Shown one piece after another: positions 17,559 to 27,307 of a stretch of DNA of 64,000 nucleotides. How positions within the stretch are numbered: the stretch's first letter is position 1; each line of letters starts with the position of its first letter. The translations under genes and the position numbers were made by a program. The notes under the pieces were generated by a model. That model saw only the letters and a list, made by a program, of their open reading frames with translations. It was not told the DNA's origin and did not search any database. Source of the DNA: Candidatus Bathyarchaeota archaeon (lineage in GTDB: Archaea > Thermoproteota > Bathyarchaeia > Hecatellales > Hecatellaceae); assembly GCA_052246995.1 (NCBI GenBank), contig JBQPWD010000004.1:115945-179944 (forward strand), written 5' to 3'.

Positions 17559-18248
17559 ATGGAATATTTAGAAATAAAGCCTTTAGAAGACAAAAAACTT
17601 GTTATCTACCTTCTTCAAAAAGAGTATGAAGAGGAATGGGGATTTCAAAAAGTTAAGCCTTCACCACTTAACATTTACTCAAAAAGATATTGTGAATTTG
17701 TAAAAAAGGTTGTAGCACAATGTAAACCAGACTTTATAGTTGAGGAGTTGGGAGTACGCTCAGAAAAAGACTACTACGAAAAAGACCAGTTATCTCAGTA
17801 TCTTTCTACACAGGTTGTTCCAGTGGATATACCTGAAGATATTAGAAACTACATTGAGTCGGCAATTGAAGCTAAAATCTCTTTGTTAAACCAGATTAAA
17901 TCTAGACTTAGTATTCTTTACGACATCAACTTTAAGCAGATAGAAAATGACTGGGAACAAAAAATTTTGGAGTGGGGAAGATACCTTGAAGATGAAATTA
18001 AAAGGGAAGAAGAGGATGTTAAAACTTCTATAAGAGAGGCTTGGATGGTTAAAAAAATAACAGAACATGCTAAAAAAATCGATAAAAAAGAGGTTAAATG
18101 CTTATTCATCTGCAGCCTTTACCACTTTAAGGGTATAACTAAGCTTTTCAGCAAATATGGAGTTATGGTTTATCCAATAAAGCTAGAGAAAAGTTTCAAA
18201 GAAAAACCTCCCATGGAAGACTTAAGACCAATAAAACTCGTGACTTAA
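17559..18248 (+). CDS. hypothetical protein with faint TraB/PrgY-like pattern
   Basis: 229 aa. 'FIVEELG', 'REAWMVKKI' and 'LFICSLYHFKGI' loosely recall TraB-family motifs. The N-terminal GTAHV-type motif is absent. Confidence 0.4.
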   Translation: MEYLEIKPLEDKKLVIYLLQKEYEEEWGFQKVKPSPLNIYSKRYCEFVKKVVAQCKPDFIVEELGVRSEKDYYEKDQLSQYLSTQVVPVDIPEDIRNYIESAIEAKISLLNQIKSRLSILYDINFKQIENDWEQKILEWGRYLEDEIKREEEDVKTSIREAWMVKKITEHAKKIDKKEVKCLFICSLYHFKGITKLFSKYGVMVYPIKLEKSFKEKPPMEDLRPIKLVT

Positions 18249-18712
18249 AGAAAAGCCGTATAAATGTAAGGAATACATGCAAAAAATTTGGAAAAAGAAC
18301 CAATATTAGAAACTTTAACCGTTAAAAAAACATAACATAATTATTGTAGAAAAGGAGCACAGCGAAACATTCTTCATTAGCATTAAAAGATAAAAATCTT
18401 TTACTCAATTTCTTACCAAAGCTATTAAGCATAAGCCATAAAGTACTCGATTTTTCTCTGAAATGGCTAAAGAGGAGGTATACACGCATCTATAAGCAGC
18501 CTAAGCCTTATAGAAAAAGGTTGCGACTTTAGCAATCAGGGTCTGATAGAATGGTTACATCAACCCTTTACGCTAAACTTTATAAAATTTTGGCTACAAG
18601 TGTTGTTAGTATAATGTTAAAGCTAAATGAAGTATGCAAAATTATTTTTATATTTTGCTAAAACTTTATTAAGGAGAAGTATATTTTTCCACTGCCCAGC
18701 ATACGAAGCTTT

Positions 18713-19708
18713 GTGAGCAGCATGACCCTTACATTAACTAAAGCGAAAGAAAACCCATTAATTATGCCTAGGGATGAAAACGATTGGGAATGTTCACAAA
18801 CGTTCAATCCTGGGGTTATACTACTTAACGGAAGAGTTCATTTTATCTATAGGGCTATTGGAAAAGATGGAATATCCCGTTTTGGCTATGCAAATTCGGA
18901 AGACGGTTTTCATGTAAGTGAGAGGCTTTCTAACCCGGTTTATGAACATAAAGCTGACCACGACCCTTTCTACATCTATTCTCTCGCCTCAGGTGGAAGT
19001 TTTGGTGGTGCAGAAGATCCGCGGATTGTGCAAGTAGAGGGAGAACCTATCTTATATGTGACTTATACTGCTTGTGATGAGGGGTTAAGGTTGGCGTTAA
19101 CCTCCATAACGGTAGAAGATTTTTTAAGTCAAAAGTGGAGGTGGAAAACTCCTACACTAATTTCCCCTCCAGGTAGAATACACAAAAATTGGGTAATTTT
19201 TCCAGAAAAGATTAATGGTAAATACGCAATCTTGCACGGTATAAGCCCAAAAATTCAGATTAGCTTACTTGACAATCTAGAGATTACCAAACCAATTACC
19301 ATAAACAGCTACCATAATGGAATACCTTCAGATGGTTGGAGAGGAGGCTGGGAAGGCTTTATTAGGGGTGTAGGCCCACCACCAATAAAAACAGAACATG
19401 GTTGGCTAGTTTTTTACCATGCACACTCTAAAGATGATTTTACAAAGTATAAGTTGGGAGCTATGCTTTTAGACGTTAAAAACCCAACAAGAATACTATG
19501 TAGAGGAAGAAAACCTGTTCTAGAGCCTGTTAGCTTTTATGAAAATTACGGTTTTAAACCTGGCATAGTCTACGCCACTGGTGCAGTAGTTAAAGACGGT
19601 CTTATCATAGTTTACTATGGTGGTGCAGACAGTTACGTGTGTGCTGCATACGCAGATTTAAAAGAGTTTCTACAGGCTTTAATAGAGGAAGGCATTACTT
19701 CTAATTGA
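18713..19708 (+). CDS. glycoside hydrolase family 130 (beta-mannoside phosphorylase/hydrolase-like, formerly DUF377)
   Basis: 331 aa. Has 'NPGVILLNGRVHFIYRA', 'GYANSEDG', 'GAEDPRIV', 'YVTYTA' and 'YYGGAD'. The start is either GTG 18713 or ATG 18722. Confidence 0.8.
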   Translation: MSSMTLTLTKAKENPLIMPRDENDWECSQTFNPGVILLNGRVHFIYRAIGKDGISRFGYANSEDGFHVSERLSNPVYEHKADHDPFYIYSLASGGSFGGAEDPRIVQVEGEPILYVTYTACDEGLRLALTSITVEDFLSQKWRWKTPTLISPPGRIHKNWVIFPEKINGKYAILHGISPKIQISLLDNLEITKPITINSYHNGIPSDGWRGGWEGFIRGVGPPPIKTEHGWLVFYHAHSKDDFTKYKLGAMLLDVKNPTRILCRGRKPVLEPVSFYENYGFKPGIVYATGAVVKDGLIIVYYGGADSYVCAAYADLKEFLQALIEEGITSN

Positions 19709-19933
19709 AGTTTAAAAGCTTGAAAAATATGTATAAGGCTTTGTTTCATCTATTAACGTGCAGGTTACGTATATTGTTAAATAGCTAAATTACATTCTTA
19801 TTTCATTAACATCCACCCATGCCGAGAGGCTGGAAAAAGTTAAATTTAAACTTTCATATCCATCCTCTAACTGGAGATAGTTTTCTTTAAAAATCCTTAA
19901 TAAAATAAGCTAAACAGGAAAAAGGTGTTTGGA

Positions 19934-21871
19934 ATGTTAGTTAAAAGGTATGAAAGAAACCCTATACTAAAACCTAAAAGCATTCACTCTTGGGAAGCAC
20001 AGGCGGTATTTAACGGTTGTCCCGTTAAGGTTGACGGAAAAATAAGGCTTGTCTACCGAGCCATCTCACTACCACATTATAAAAGAGAGGCGGATAAAGT
20101 ACTGGCAATCTCCAACATAGGTATCACCGCTCCAAGCAAAAATGGTGTAGATTTTCATGACCGAAGAATTCTAATCGCCCCAGAGGAACCTTGGGAAAAG
20201 TTTGGCTGCGAAGACCCAAGAATAACTAAGCTAGATGGTAAATACTTTATCTTTTACACCGCACTTTCAACATATCCACCTTCTCATGAAGGAATAAGAG
20301 TAGGGTTGGCTATTAGTGATGATTTAGAAACAATCCGTGAAAGACATTTAGTTACACCTTTTAATGCAAAAGCTATGACACTTTTCCCAGAAAGGATAGA
20401 TGGAAAAATATGGGCTATATTAAGTGTACACACCGATATACCTCCTACCAGCATATGCATAACGTCATTTGATAATGAGGAGGAGATATGGGATGAGATA
20501 TACTGGAAGAAATTTCATGAAAATTTTGACAAATACTGCTTACCGTTGAGACGTAGCCCTCTCGACCATTTTGAAGTAGGTGCTCCGCCTTTAAAGACAA
20601 AGTACGGGTGGCTTCTTCTTTACTCATACATTCAAGGCTACTTTACACCTAACCGGCTTTTCACGGTGGAGGCTGCTCTTTTAGACTTAAACAATCCGTT
20701 AAAGTTAATCGCTAGGACAAGATGGCCTTTAATGACTCCTGAAGAATATTATGAAAGGGTAGGTCTCGTGCCAAACGCCATCTTTCCTTCAGGAGCTCTT
20801 CTCAGAGGAAATCAAATTTACCTTTACTATGGTGCTGCTGACACGGTTTGCTGCCTTGCATACATACACTTGCCAAGTCTGATTAAGAAGCTATTATGGA
20901 AGGCTGAACCTCCAAAATTTATCCGTGCCACACGTAATCCAATAATAACTCCACGTGGAAACCATTCTTGGGAGGCAAAAGCAACCTTTAACCCAGCTGC
21001 AATCTATCTTGGAGGTAAGGTGCACATAGTGTACCGTGCTATGTCTCAAGATAACACGTCTGTTCTTGGCTACGCATACAGTAAGGATGGAATAAACATC
21101 GACTATCGCTCTCCTGAACCTATTTATGTTCCAAGGGAATCTTTTGAGCAGAAGCTTGTGCCAGGTGGGAATTCAGGATGTGAGGATCCGCGGCTTACTG
21201 TTATTGGTGACAGAATCTACATGTGTTATACAGCGTTTAACGGTAAGGATCCGCCTAGGGTAGCTCTTACATGGATAAAGGTGGATGATTTTCTACAGCA
21301 AAAATGGAATTGGGCTAAACCTGTTCTAATTTCAGCACCCTACATGGATGATAAGGATGCTTACATCTTCCCAGAAAAAGTTAAGGATCCTGGAACAGGT
21401 GAGGAGAAGTATCTTATTGTTCACAGATACAGTAATGATATAGATTCCGCCTTAGTTTCAAGTCTTGATTTTGATGGAAAAACATGGCTTGACGAGTATA
21501 GATGGATATATCCTAGAAAGGGATGGTGGGACAGCGTAAAAGTTGGCGCCGCCTCACCTCCAATAAAAACAGATGAAGGATGGATACTGCTCTACCATGG
21601 AGTTTCTGAAGACCGTGTCTACCGTGTTGGAGCAGTACTTTTAGACCCTAAAAACCCGTTAAAAATTATTGCTCGTACAGATGAACCTATCTTTGAACCT
21701 GAAACAGATTACGAAAAAGTTGGCCAAGTTAATAATGTTGTTTTTCCCTGTGGAACAGTTGTAATAGGGGATGAAATATTCATGTATTATGGAGGGGCTG
21801 ACCAGGTAGTAGGAGTTGCAACCATTAAAGTTAAAAAATTACTTAGATACCTTAAATCATGCAAAATATAG
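19934..21871 (+). CDS. tandem double GH130-domain protein
   Basis: Two complete GH130-like halves. Half 1 has 'FNGCPVKVDGKIRLVYRA' and 'GCEDPRITK'. Half 2 has 'FNPAAIYLGGKVHIVYRA', 'GCEDPRLTV' and 'YYGGAD'. The ATG at 19934 is preceded by AAAGGTG. Confidence 0.8.
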   Translation: MLVKRYERNPILKPKSIHSWEAQAVFNGCPVKVDGKIRLVYRAISLPHYKREADKVLAISNIGITAPSKNGVDFHDRRILIAPEEPWEKFGCEDPRITKLDGKYFIFYTALSTYPPSHEGIRVGLAISDDLETIRERHLVTPFNAKAMTLFPERIDGKIWAILSVHTDIPPTSICITSFDNEEEIWDEIYWKKFHENFDKYCLPLRRSPLDHFEVGAPPLKTKYGWLLLYSYIQGYFTPNRLFTVEAALLDLNNPLKLIARTRWPLMTPEEYYERVGLVPNAIFPSGALLRGNQIYLYYGAADTVCCLAYIHLPSLIKKLLWKAEPPKFIRATRNPIITPRGNHSWEAKATFNPAAIYLGGKVHIVYRAMSQDNTSVLGYAYSKDGINIDYRSPEPIYVPRESFEQKLVPGGNSGCEDPRLTVIGDRIYMCYTAFNGKDPPRVALTWIKVDDFLQQKWNWAKPVLISAPYMDDKDAYIFPEKVKDPGTGEEKYLIVHRYSNDIDSALVSSLDFDGKTWLDEYRWIYPRKGWWDSVKVGAASPPIKTDEGWILLYHGVSEDRVYRVGAVLLDPKNPLKIIARTDEPIFEPETDYEKVGQVNNVVFPCGTVVIGDEIFMYYGGADQVVGVATIKVKKLLRYLKSCKI

Positions 21872-22088
21872 GTAAAATTAAGATTTAACAACACTTCCTA
21901 CCTTTTTTACCTATAGAACCTTATACTCTGTAAAATGACAAGTAGTTACGTTTACATCTGCATACCATGTGGATGTTAAACATTGAGAATACCAATTCCA
22001 ACCTACTTGTTGGCTCACTTAACGCTAAATCATTAAAATCAGGGAGCTTTTACTGTTTTACATTACTCAGCACCAATCCTATTCTACA

Positions 22089-23429
22089 CTAACCTGTAAG
22101 AGGAACCCAGACAAGAATTGTGAGAAAATAACAAATAACTAAAGAGATAAAAACATAGGGAACGGTGTAGCTAAAGAATTCTTTTACAGAAATTTTACTT
22201 TTTGTTTCACGTTCACAGACACTTAAAACTACGTAGAGAGCAGGGGCCCCTGCTACCGTTAAATTGCTACCCAACGTTCCAGCCCAAACTAAAGCCCACC
22301 ATAAAGGCCAAGGGTCAACACTATACTGGGCAAGGTCTCGAATTACGTAAAGAAATGTAAGAATGTAGGCATCATGTTCAACTATCCCTACAATAAAAGC
22401 TGTAACCCAGTAAAGCAGGGTTACGCCTAGAAATAAATTTGTCTTAAACCATGGTGCAAAAGAGTCAGCCACAATTTTAAGAATACCTGCATGGTCAAGC
22501 CCTCCTACTAGCATGAAAAGAGCTATGTAGAAAAATATAGCTCTCCAATCTAGCGAAGAGAGAACTTCTTCAAAACTTGGACTGTTAACCCTGCTTTTAG
22601 CAACCTCAAGGATGATGATAAGGGTTAAAGCTCCAATTAAGGCTATAAAGCCAAGACGTAAACCTATAAATTGTCTTAAAGAGAGAGCAAGAATAGTACA
22701 AATAAAGACACCAACTACTATGAATATAAACCGTTTATCCTTTAAATACTGCTTTGCGTTAACGTCTACAAGTAGTTTAGAGTTTTCTAAATCTAAACTT
22801 AGAGTTCTTTTAAGCTTTACGTGATAAAAGACCAGAACAGTAAGGAGAAATGTGCATGTAAGTATGGGGAAAGAAGAAGGTTTTCCATGAAACCAAATAA
22901 ATTCGGGAAACTCGATTCCGGATACGCTATGAAGCATTTGGGGTGGAAGGTCTCCAAGAAGAAGAGCTGTTCCCATAAAGTTTGCACATAAACCTACACA
23001 TATTAGAGCAGGGAAGGGGTTAACTTTTAACTGCTTAGTTACGTGAAGAATTATTGGAGCCATAATTAAAACAACAACTACATTATCCAGAAACATGGAT
23101 ACAAACCCAGCCAAGATTCCAAGTAAGGATGCAAATATAGGCAAACTATTCCTTGAAAATTTTACCATTAAAACTGAAATGTACTCCGGTAACCCTGTAT
23201 GGTTAAAATAACCTGCAATAATCCATACACTTATAAGAAGAACTATCACATTCCAATCAACAGAAAAAAAAGCTTCAACCTCACTCATTACTCCAGTTAA
23301 AACCATGAGAACAACACCAATAAGGGCTACAGTGGCCCTGTCAACCTTACCTACAATCACTAAAATAATGGTTCCAAGAAATATGGTAAGAGCAATAAGC
23401 TGCATAACTTCCAAAGACTGCTTAACCAC
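22089..23429 (-). CDS. anion permease of the ArsB/NhaD/CitMHS-like superfamily
   Basis: 446 aa with at least 10 hydrophobic helices in two similar halves. Assigned on architecture only. Confidence 0.5.
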   Translation of the reverse strand: MVKQSLEVMQLIALTIFLGTIILVIVGKVDRATVALIGVVLMVLTGVMSEVEAFFSVDWNVIVLLISVWIIAGYFNHTGLPEYISVLMVKFSRNSLPIFASLLGILAGFVSMFLDNVVVVLIMAPIILHVTKQLKVNPFPALICVGLCANFMGTALLLGDLPPQMLHSVSGIEFPEFIWFHGKPSSFPILTCTFLLTVLVFYHVKLKRTLSLDLENSKLLVDVNAKQYLKDKRFIFIVVGVFICTILALSLRQFIGLRLGFIALIGALTLIIILEVAKSRVNSPSFEEVLSSLDWRAIFFYIALFMLVGGLDHAGILKIVADSFAPWFKTNLFLGVTLLYWVTAFIVGIVEHDAYILTFLYVIRDLAQYSVDPWPLWWALVWAGTLGSNLTVAGAPALYVVLSVCERETKSKISVKEFFSYTVPYVFISLVICYFLTILVWVPLTG

Positions 23430-23707
23430 CCAACTTTAACCACAACTTTTAACTCAAGTTAAAGTTACGATTAATTTAAAAATTTTTCACTTTTTCATTA
23501 TCATAACCATGTAAATTCTGTTATACTGATGGTTGCCAATTACAGTTATTGTTTTAAAAGAAAGATAAGGAAAATGAATAAAGCAACAACTACCGCAAGA
23601 GGTTTACAGCTTTTTAAGCTATTCCTAAAAATTAGGAAAGATTAAGAAAAAAATAGCCAATTTTATCTTTGTAATAGTTTTTATGGACAGGTTTATTTGA
23701 TAAGATT

Positions 23708-24448
23708 TTATTTTCTAAATTTTTGAAGCCTCTTTAAAAGTTCAATATCACCTTCATAGTCTCCAGCACATGTTGCAATTATCCCATCAACAACCCCATC
23801 CAGCCTTGCCGCAAACTCTTCAACACGATCCATGGTTGTTGTAGTTGGCCAGCCTATTCTTTTTACCATTTCAGCATTTTTAGGCGTTTCCACTAGAAAG
23901 TATGAGTATATAGGTTTGTTTAGGCGTCTACATTCGTTAGCTAATTGTTTTAATGCAGGCAATGATGCCTCTTCAAGCCTCATAAAGAAGATAAAGTCCC
24001 ATGCCTCCCTTGCTCTAGCAATAACCTCTTCAACAGAACGTCGCGCAGAAAGTAAACAACCCAGCTTTAAATTTTTTATACGCACTGTTGCCCGTAAAAA
24101 ATCACGAGCCTCTTCAGAAGACTTTAACATTTTTATAGGTTCTCCGTACTTAGGTATATCTCCCATTGTAAGCACAATACCGTCAAGACCCACGACATCG
24201 GCGGCTAAAGCCAAACCTCCAACTTCAACAGGACCTTTATAGTGAAGTATGAATATTGGTATTACAATCTTATTAGGATACTTTGTTTTAAGAATACAAC
24301 CTATAGTTGTACCACTAGGTGCTGGAAAACCTGCAGCACTATCAGTAACGTTCCACCCATCTACTAAATCCTTTGTTTCTTCAGCAAGCTTAAGAAATTT
24401 ACGTGTTGGGACAAATTCATGCAGTATCTTCATGATAACGCCTCCCAT
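23708..24448 (-). CDS. methylenetetrahydrofolate-reductase-like TIM-barrel protein (short form)
   Basis: 246 aa. 'HEFVPTR', 'NVTDSAAG', 'PIFILHY' and 'IVLTMGDIP' parallel MetF 'FEFFPPR', 'SVTYGA', 'PHLTC' and 'ALRGD'. Confidence 0.45.
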   Translation of the reverse strand: MGGVIMKILHEFVPTRKFLKLAEETKDLVDGWNVTDSAAGFPAPSGTTIGCILKTKYPNKIVIPIFILHYKGPVEVGGLALAADVVGLDGIVLTMGDIPKYGEPIKMLKSSEEARDFLRATVRIKNLKLGCLLSARRSVEEVIARAREAWDFIFFMRLEEASLPALKQLANECRRLNKPIYSYFLVETPKNAEMVKRIGWPTTTTMDRVEEFAARLDGVVDGIIATCAGDYEGDIELLKRLQKFRK

Positions 24449-24544
24449 AAAAATGGTGAAATTCTGGTCGGTCTTAAGTAAGATTATAAAATTATATAAT
24501 TATAAATTCTTCGCTTTTAAATCGCTAAATTCATCAGTAAGCCT

Positions 24545-25345
24545 TCATTCTGAGTTTAATATTTTTGATAATTCTTCTAAGGTTAAAGGTTCGTTTTCAA
24601 ATCTTAGTTTAAGCAGCTTTATAGCTTGAAATACTATTGGAGGCTGCATGTCTGCAAGTTCAAGTAAAGATTTATTGACTAGTACAGACCTAGTATCTGA
24701 TCCTCCTAAGGTTAAACCGTTGTTAAGAATGTAAACACGGTCGGCAACCTTTGCAACAAACTCTATGTCATGAGAAGCTACAACAACAGCTTTACCAGTA
24801 TCTTTTGCTTCAACCACAACTTTTCCCACTTCTTCCACAGATTTTATGCTTAAATTTGCAGTAGGCTCATCAAGCAACAATACTTCAGGATTATAGGCAA
24901 GTATAGAGGCTAAGGTTACCATACGTTTTTCTCCAATGCTAAGCTTGTAGGGAGGCTTATTTAAAAGATTATTCAACTTAAACCTTTCTGCCACTTCAAC
25001 AACTTTTTTATCAACTTCTTCTGCAGGTAAAATTTGACGAAGCGTAAAAGCTATTTCATCATATACTGTTGAATTAAAAAGCTGGTCATCTGGGTCTTGG
25101 AAGACTAAACCTATTCTTCTTCTAGCTTCAGGTAGCTGATTTTTTAGGGGTTTATCATCAAGCAAGACTACACCTTTACTTGGATTAAGTAGTCCAGCGG
25201 CAACCGTAAGAAGTGTTGTTTTACCACTCCCATTTGAACCTATTATGGCTATTACCTCGCCTCTGTTGACAAAAAAACTTGCCCCTTTTAAAACGTCTAC
25301 ACCACCAGGATACCTAAAATATACGTCTTCAACTTTTAGCAACAT
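24545..25345 (-). CDS. cbiO: ECF/cobalt-nickel transporter ATPase
   Basis: Walker A 'GSNGSGKTT', signature 'LSIGEKRM', Walker B 'LLLDEPT'. Confidence 0.85.
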   Translation of the reverse strand: MLLKVEDVYFRYPGGVDVLKGASFFVNRGEVIAIIGSNGSGKTTLLTVAAGLLNPSKGVVLLDDKPLKNQLPEARRRIGLVFQDPDDQLFNSTVYDEIAFTLRQILPAEEVDKKVVEVAERFKLNNLLNKPPYKLSIGEKRMVTLASILAYNPEVLLLDEPTANLSIKSVEEVGKVVVEAKDTGKAVVVASHDIEFVAKVADRVYILNNGLTLGGSDTRSVLVNKSLLELADMQPPIVFQAIKLLKLRFENEPLTLEELSKILNSE

Positions 25346-25348
25346 AAC

Positions 25349-26152
25349 TCATAACCTGATAAAGGACACTAAAACACAAGTAAAAAGTAGTAACAGTAAC
25401 ATTAGCTCGTTCCTATTAATACTTACCTTTACAGAACTTTTAAAGTGTAAATCTGAGGATGTTAAACTTCTAGCCTTGATAGCCTTTTCAACTCTCCATG
25501 AGTGTTCATGAGTTTTCAGTAAAATATCTCCAATTACAGTTGACAGCATCCACCATACTTGTCTAAACTTAACTTTTTTTATTATACGAGCCTCTCTAGC
25601 CGACAGCATTTTGGATATTTCCCTTAAGAATAAGGGTATGTGTATTATAGAAAGCATTAGAAAGAATATTACCTCATACGGTACTCCTAGACCTTTTAAA
25701 CCTTCCATAGTTTTTTTCCAACCAAGTATTAGAATGAAAGAGGTAAAAATAGCTGTTGCAGACACAACTCTAACAATAAAACTTATCATTAAATTTAATC
25801 CTTCAAAGCTAACTTTCAAGGTTGTTAGCAGCATTGACAGTTCTATTAAAGGTTTTCCTGATGTTATAAACGGTAAAGGTATGGATACAAGAAAAACCCA
25901 AAAAAAGGTGAAGATTACTACTCTAATCCATGAGTACATGGGTATTCGTGTTAACACAACTAAAAAAACACTTACAACTAAAACCAGTAAAGGAGCCTTA
26001 AAATCAATGGTAAATGCCGCTAAACTGGTAAATACTAAAGCTGAAAGTATAGTTATTGTTGGGTTAAAAGGTGGATTGACAACTTCACGATTCAAAGTAT
26101 TGATAGTTTCAGCCAAACCTTCCAAGAAACGTTGAGTTAGCTTTTCCAACAT
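25349..26152 (-). CDS. cbiQ: ECF transporter transmembrane (T) component
   Basis: 267 aa, multi-TM, with Ala-Arg coupling motifs ('SAREAR', 'KARS'). Sits between the CbiN-like gene and the ATPase. Confidence 0.75.
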   Translation of the reverse strand: MLEKLTQRFLEGLAETINTLNREVVNPPFNPTITILSALVFTSLAAFTIDFKAPLLVLVVSVFLVVLTRIPMYSWIRVVIFTFFWVFLVSIPLPFITSGKPLIELSMLLTTLKVSFEGLNLMISFIVRVVSATAIFTSFILILGWKKTMEGLKGLGVPYEVIFFLMLSIIHIPLFLREISKMLSAREARIIKKVKFRQVWWMLSTVIGDILLKTHEHSWRVEKAIKARSLTSSDLHFKSSVKVSINRNELMLLLLLFTCVLVSFIRL

Positions 26153-26460
26153 TAGCGACCTTTTAATAGTTTATTAAGTGTAAAACCTAAAGCTAAGATT
26201 ACACCAACACCTATAAAACCTGTAAAAATGTAACCTAACTCAGCAGGTAGCCCGGGTATTGAGTAGTCTAAAAAAGGTGTCCAGTTGATTTTTTCCGTTA
26301 AGTCCTGAAGGTTAAGTGTTTCTGCAGCAACATCCAAAGGTTCGTGGTATCCAACAATATCTGCTAAAATTACACCAAAAACTGGGCTAATAAAAACAAG
26401 AGTTATAATTATGATTAAGACTTTTTTAAAAGTTAAAAACCAACTTTTTTGGCTTTTCAA
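26152..26460 (-). CDS. small two-TM accessory component (CbiN/PDGLE-like)
   Basis: 102 aa with N- and C-terminal TM helices flanking a 'YHEPLDVAAE' loop. It occupies the N slot of an M-N-Q-O order. Confidence 0.5.
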   Translation of the reverse strand: MKSQKSWFLTFKKVLIIIITLVFISPVFGVILADIVGYHEPLDVAAETLNLQDLTEKINWTPFLDYSIPGLPAELGYIFTGFIGVGVILALGFTLNKLLKGR

Positions 26461-27110
26461 CTACTACCACCCTTTTCTGAAAGTATAAGGTGAGGAGCTC
26501 TACCAGCCAAGTAGGTAACAACCAATGCGGTGATTACACCTTCAATAACCCCGAGAATGGCATGCCATCCAACCATTACAGGAACTGTTATTACAACACC
26601 ATAAGGAAATGATTGTGAATAGCCTATTTCTAAGCCGCATGCCAATCCTGCAAGTGTTATTCCCAGCCAGCCGCCGAGGAAAGCAGATAAAGTTCTTACA
26701 GAATTTTTAGCTCCAAACAGCTTAATGAAACCAGTATAAATTAAATATCCAACCAGAACATCTACAATCGCCATGTTAAGAGTATTTGCACCAAGAGCGG
26801 TTATTCCTCCATCATGAAAAACAATACATTGAATAAGTAGAACTAGAAACATTGTTAAAAATCCAAGCCATGGGCCAAGCATAATTCCAGCCAAAGCACC
26901 GCCAACAAGGTGTAAACTGGTTCCTCCGGGCAAAGGCCAGTTAAGCATTTGAGCAACAAAAATAGCGGCCGCAACAATGGATACTAGCGAAACTTGTTCA
27001 GAATACAACGTTTTTCTAGCCTTTTTAAGGGCAAAACCACTATAACCAATGAAAATGGCATACGTAAAAATCACGGTGAAGATATCTAGAAAACCGTCAG
27101 GAATATGCAC
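26457..27110 (-). CDS. cbiM: cobalt/nickel ECF substrate-capture component
   Basis: The diagnostic N-terminus 'MHIPDGFL'. 217 aa, about 6 TM. Confidence 0.85.
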   Translation of the reverse strand: MHIPDGFLDIFTVIFTYAIFIGYSGFALKKARKTLYSEQVSLVSIVAAAIFVAQMLNWPLPGGTSLHLVGGALAGIMLGPWLGFLTMFLVLLIQCIVFHDGGITALGANTLNMAIVDVLVGYLIYTGFIKLFGAKNSVRTLSAFLGGWLGITLAGLACGLEIGYSQSFPYGVVITVPVMVGWHAILGVIEGVITALVVTYLAGRAPHLILSEKGGSS

Positions 27111-27307
27111 ACCAAACCACCATTTAAGGTTTTAATTAATTTTTAATAACCTCAGGTAAATATAAATATTACCATTATGAAAAATAGTAATATTTAATAA
27201 GCAAGCCATGTTTACACTCTCTAAAACAATTTCTATTTAAAGATGATAGAAACACGCTTTGAGAAGGCTATCTGGTACTTTAAAAAGGAAGGATAAAAGA
27301 ATAAAAT

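Noticed and set aside
18249-18712. A 464-nt non-coding stretch upstream of the first GH130 gene. I considered an ncRNA or a decayed gene.
   Set aside because: It contains only very short ORFs (for example MAKEEVYTHL*). It has no conserved-looking stems and no repeats, and it is A+T-rich promoter-like sequence.
24449-24544. A TGATGA (C-box-like) sequence on the minus strand and an AATTATATAATT palindrome between the MTHFR-like gene and cbiO.
   Set aside because: No D box lies downstream. The palindrome sits where the MTHFR-like gene's promoter is expected.
27111-27307. Possible cobalamin or Ni/Co riboswitch upstream of cbiM.
   Set aside because: The region is almost pure A/T with no G+C-rich paired elements, and riboswitches of these classes are not expected in archaea. 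It is more likely a plain promoter.
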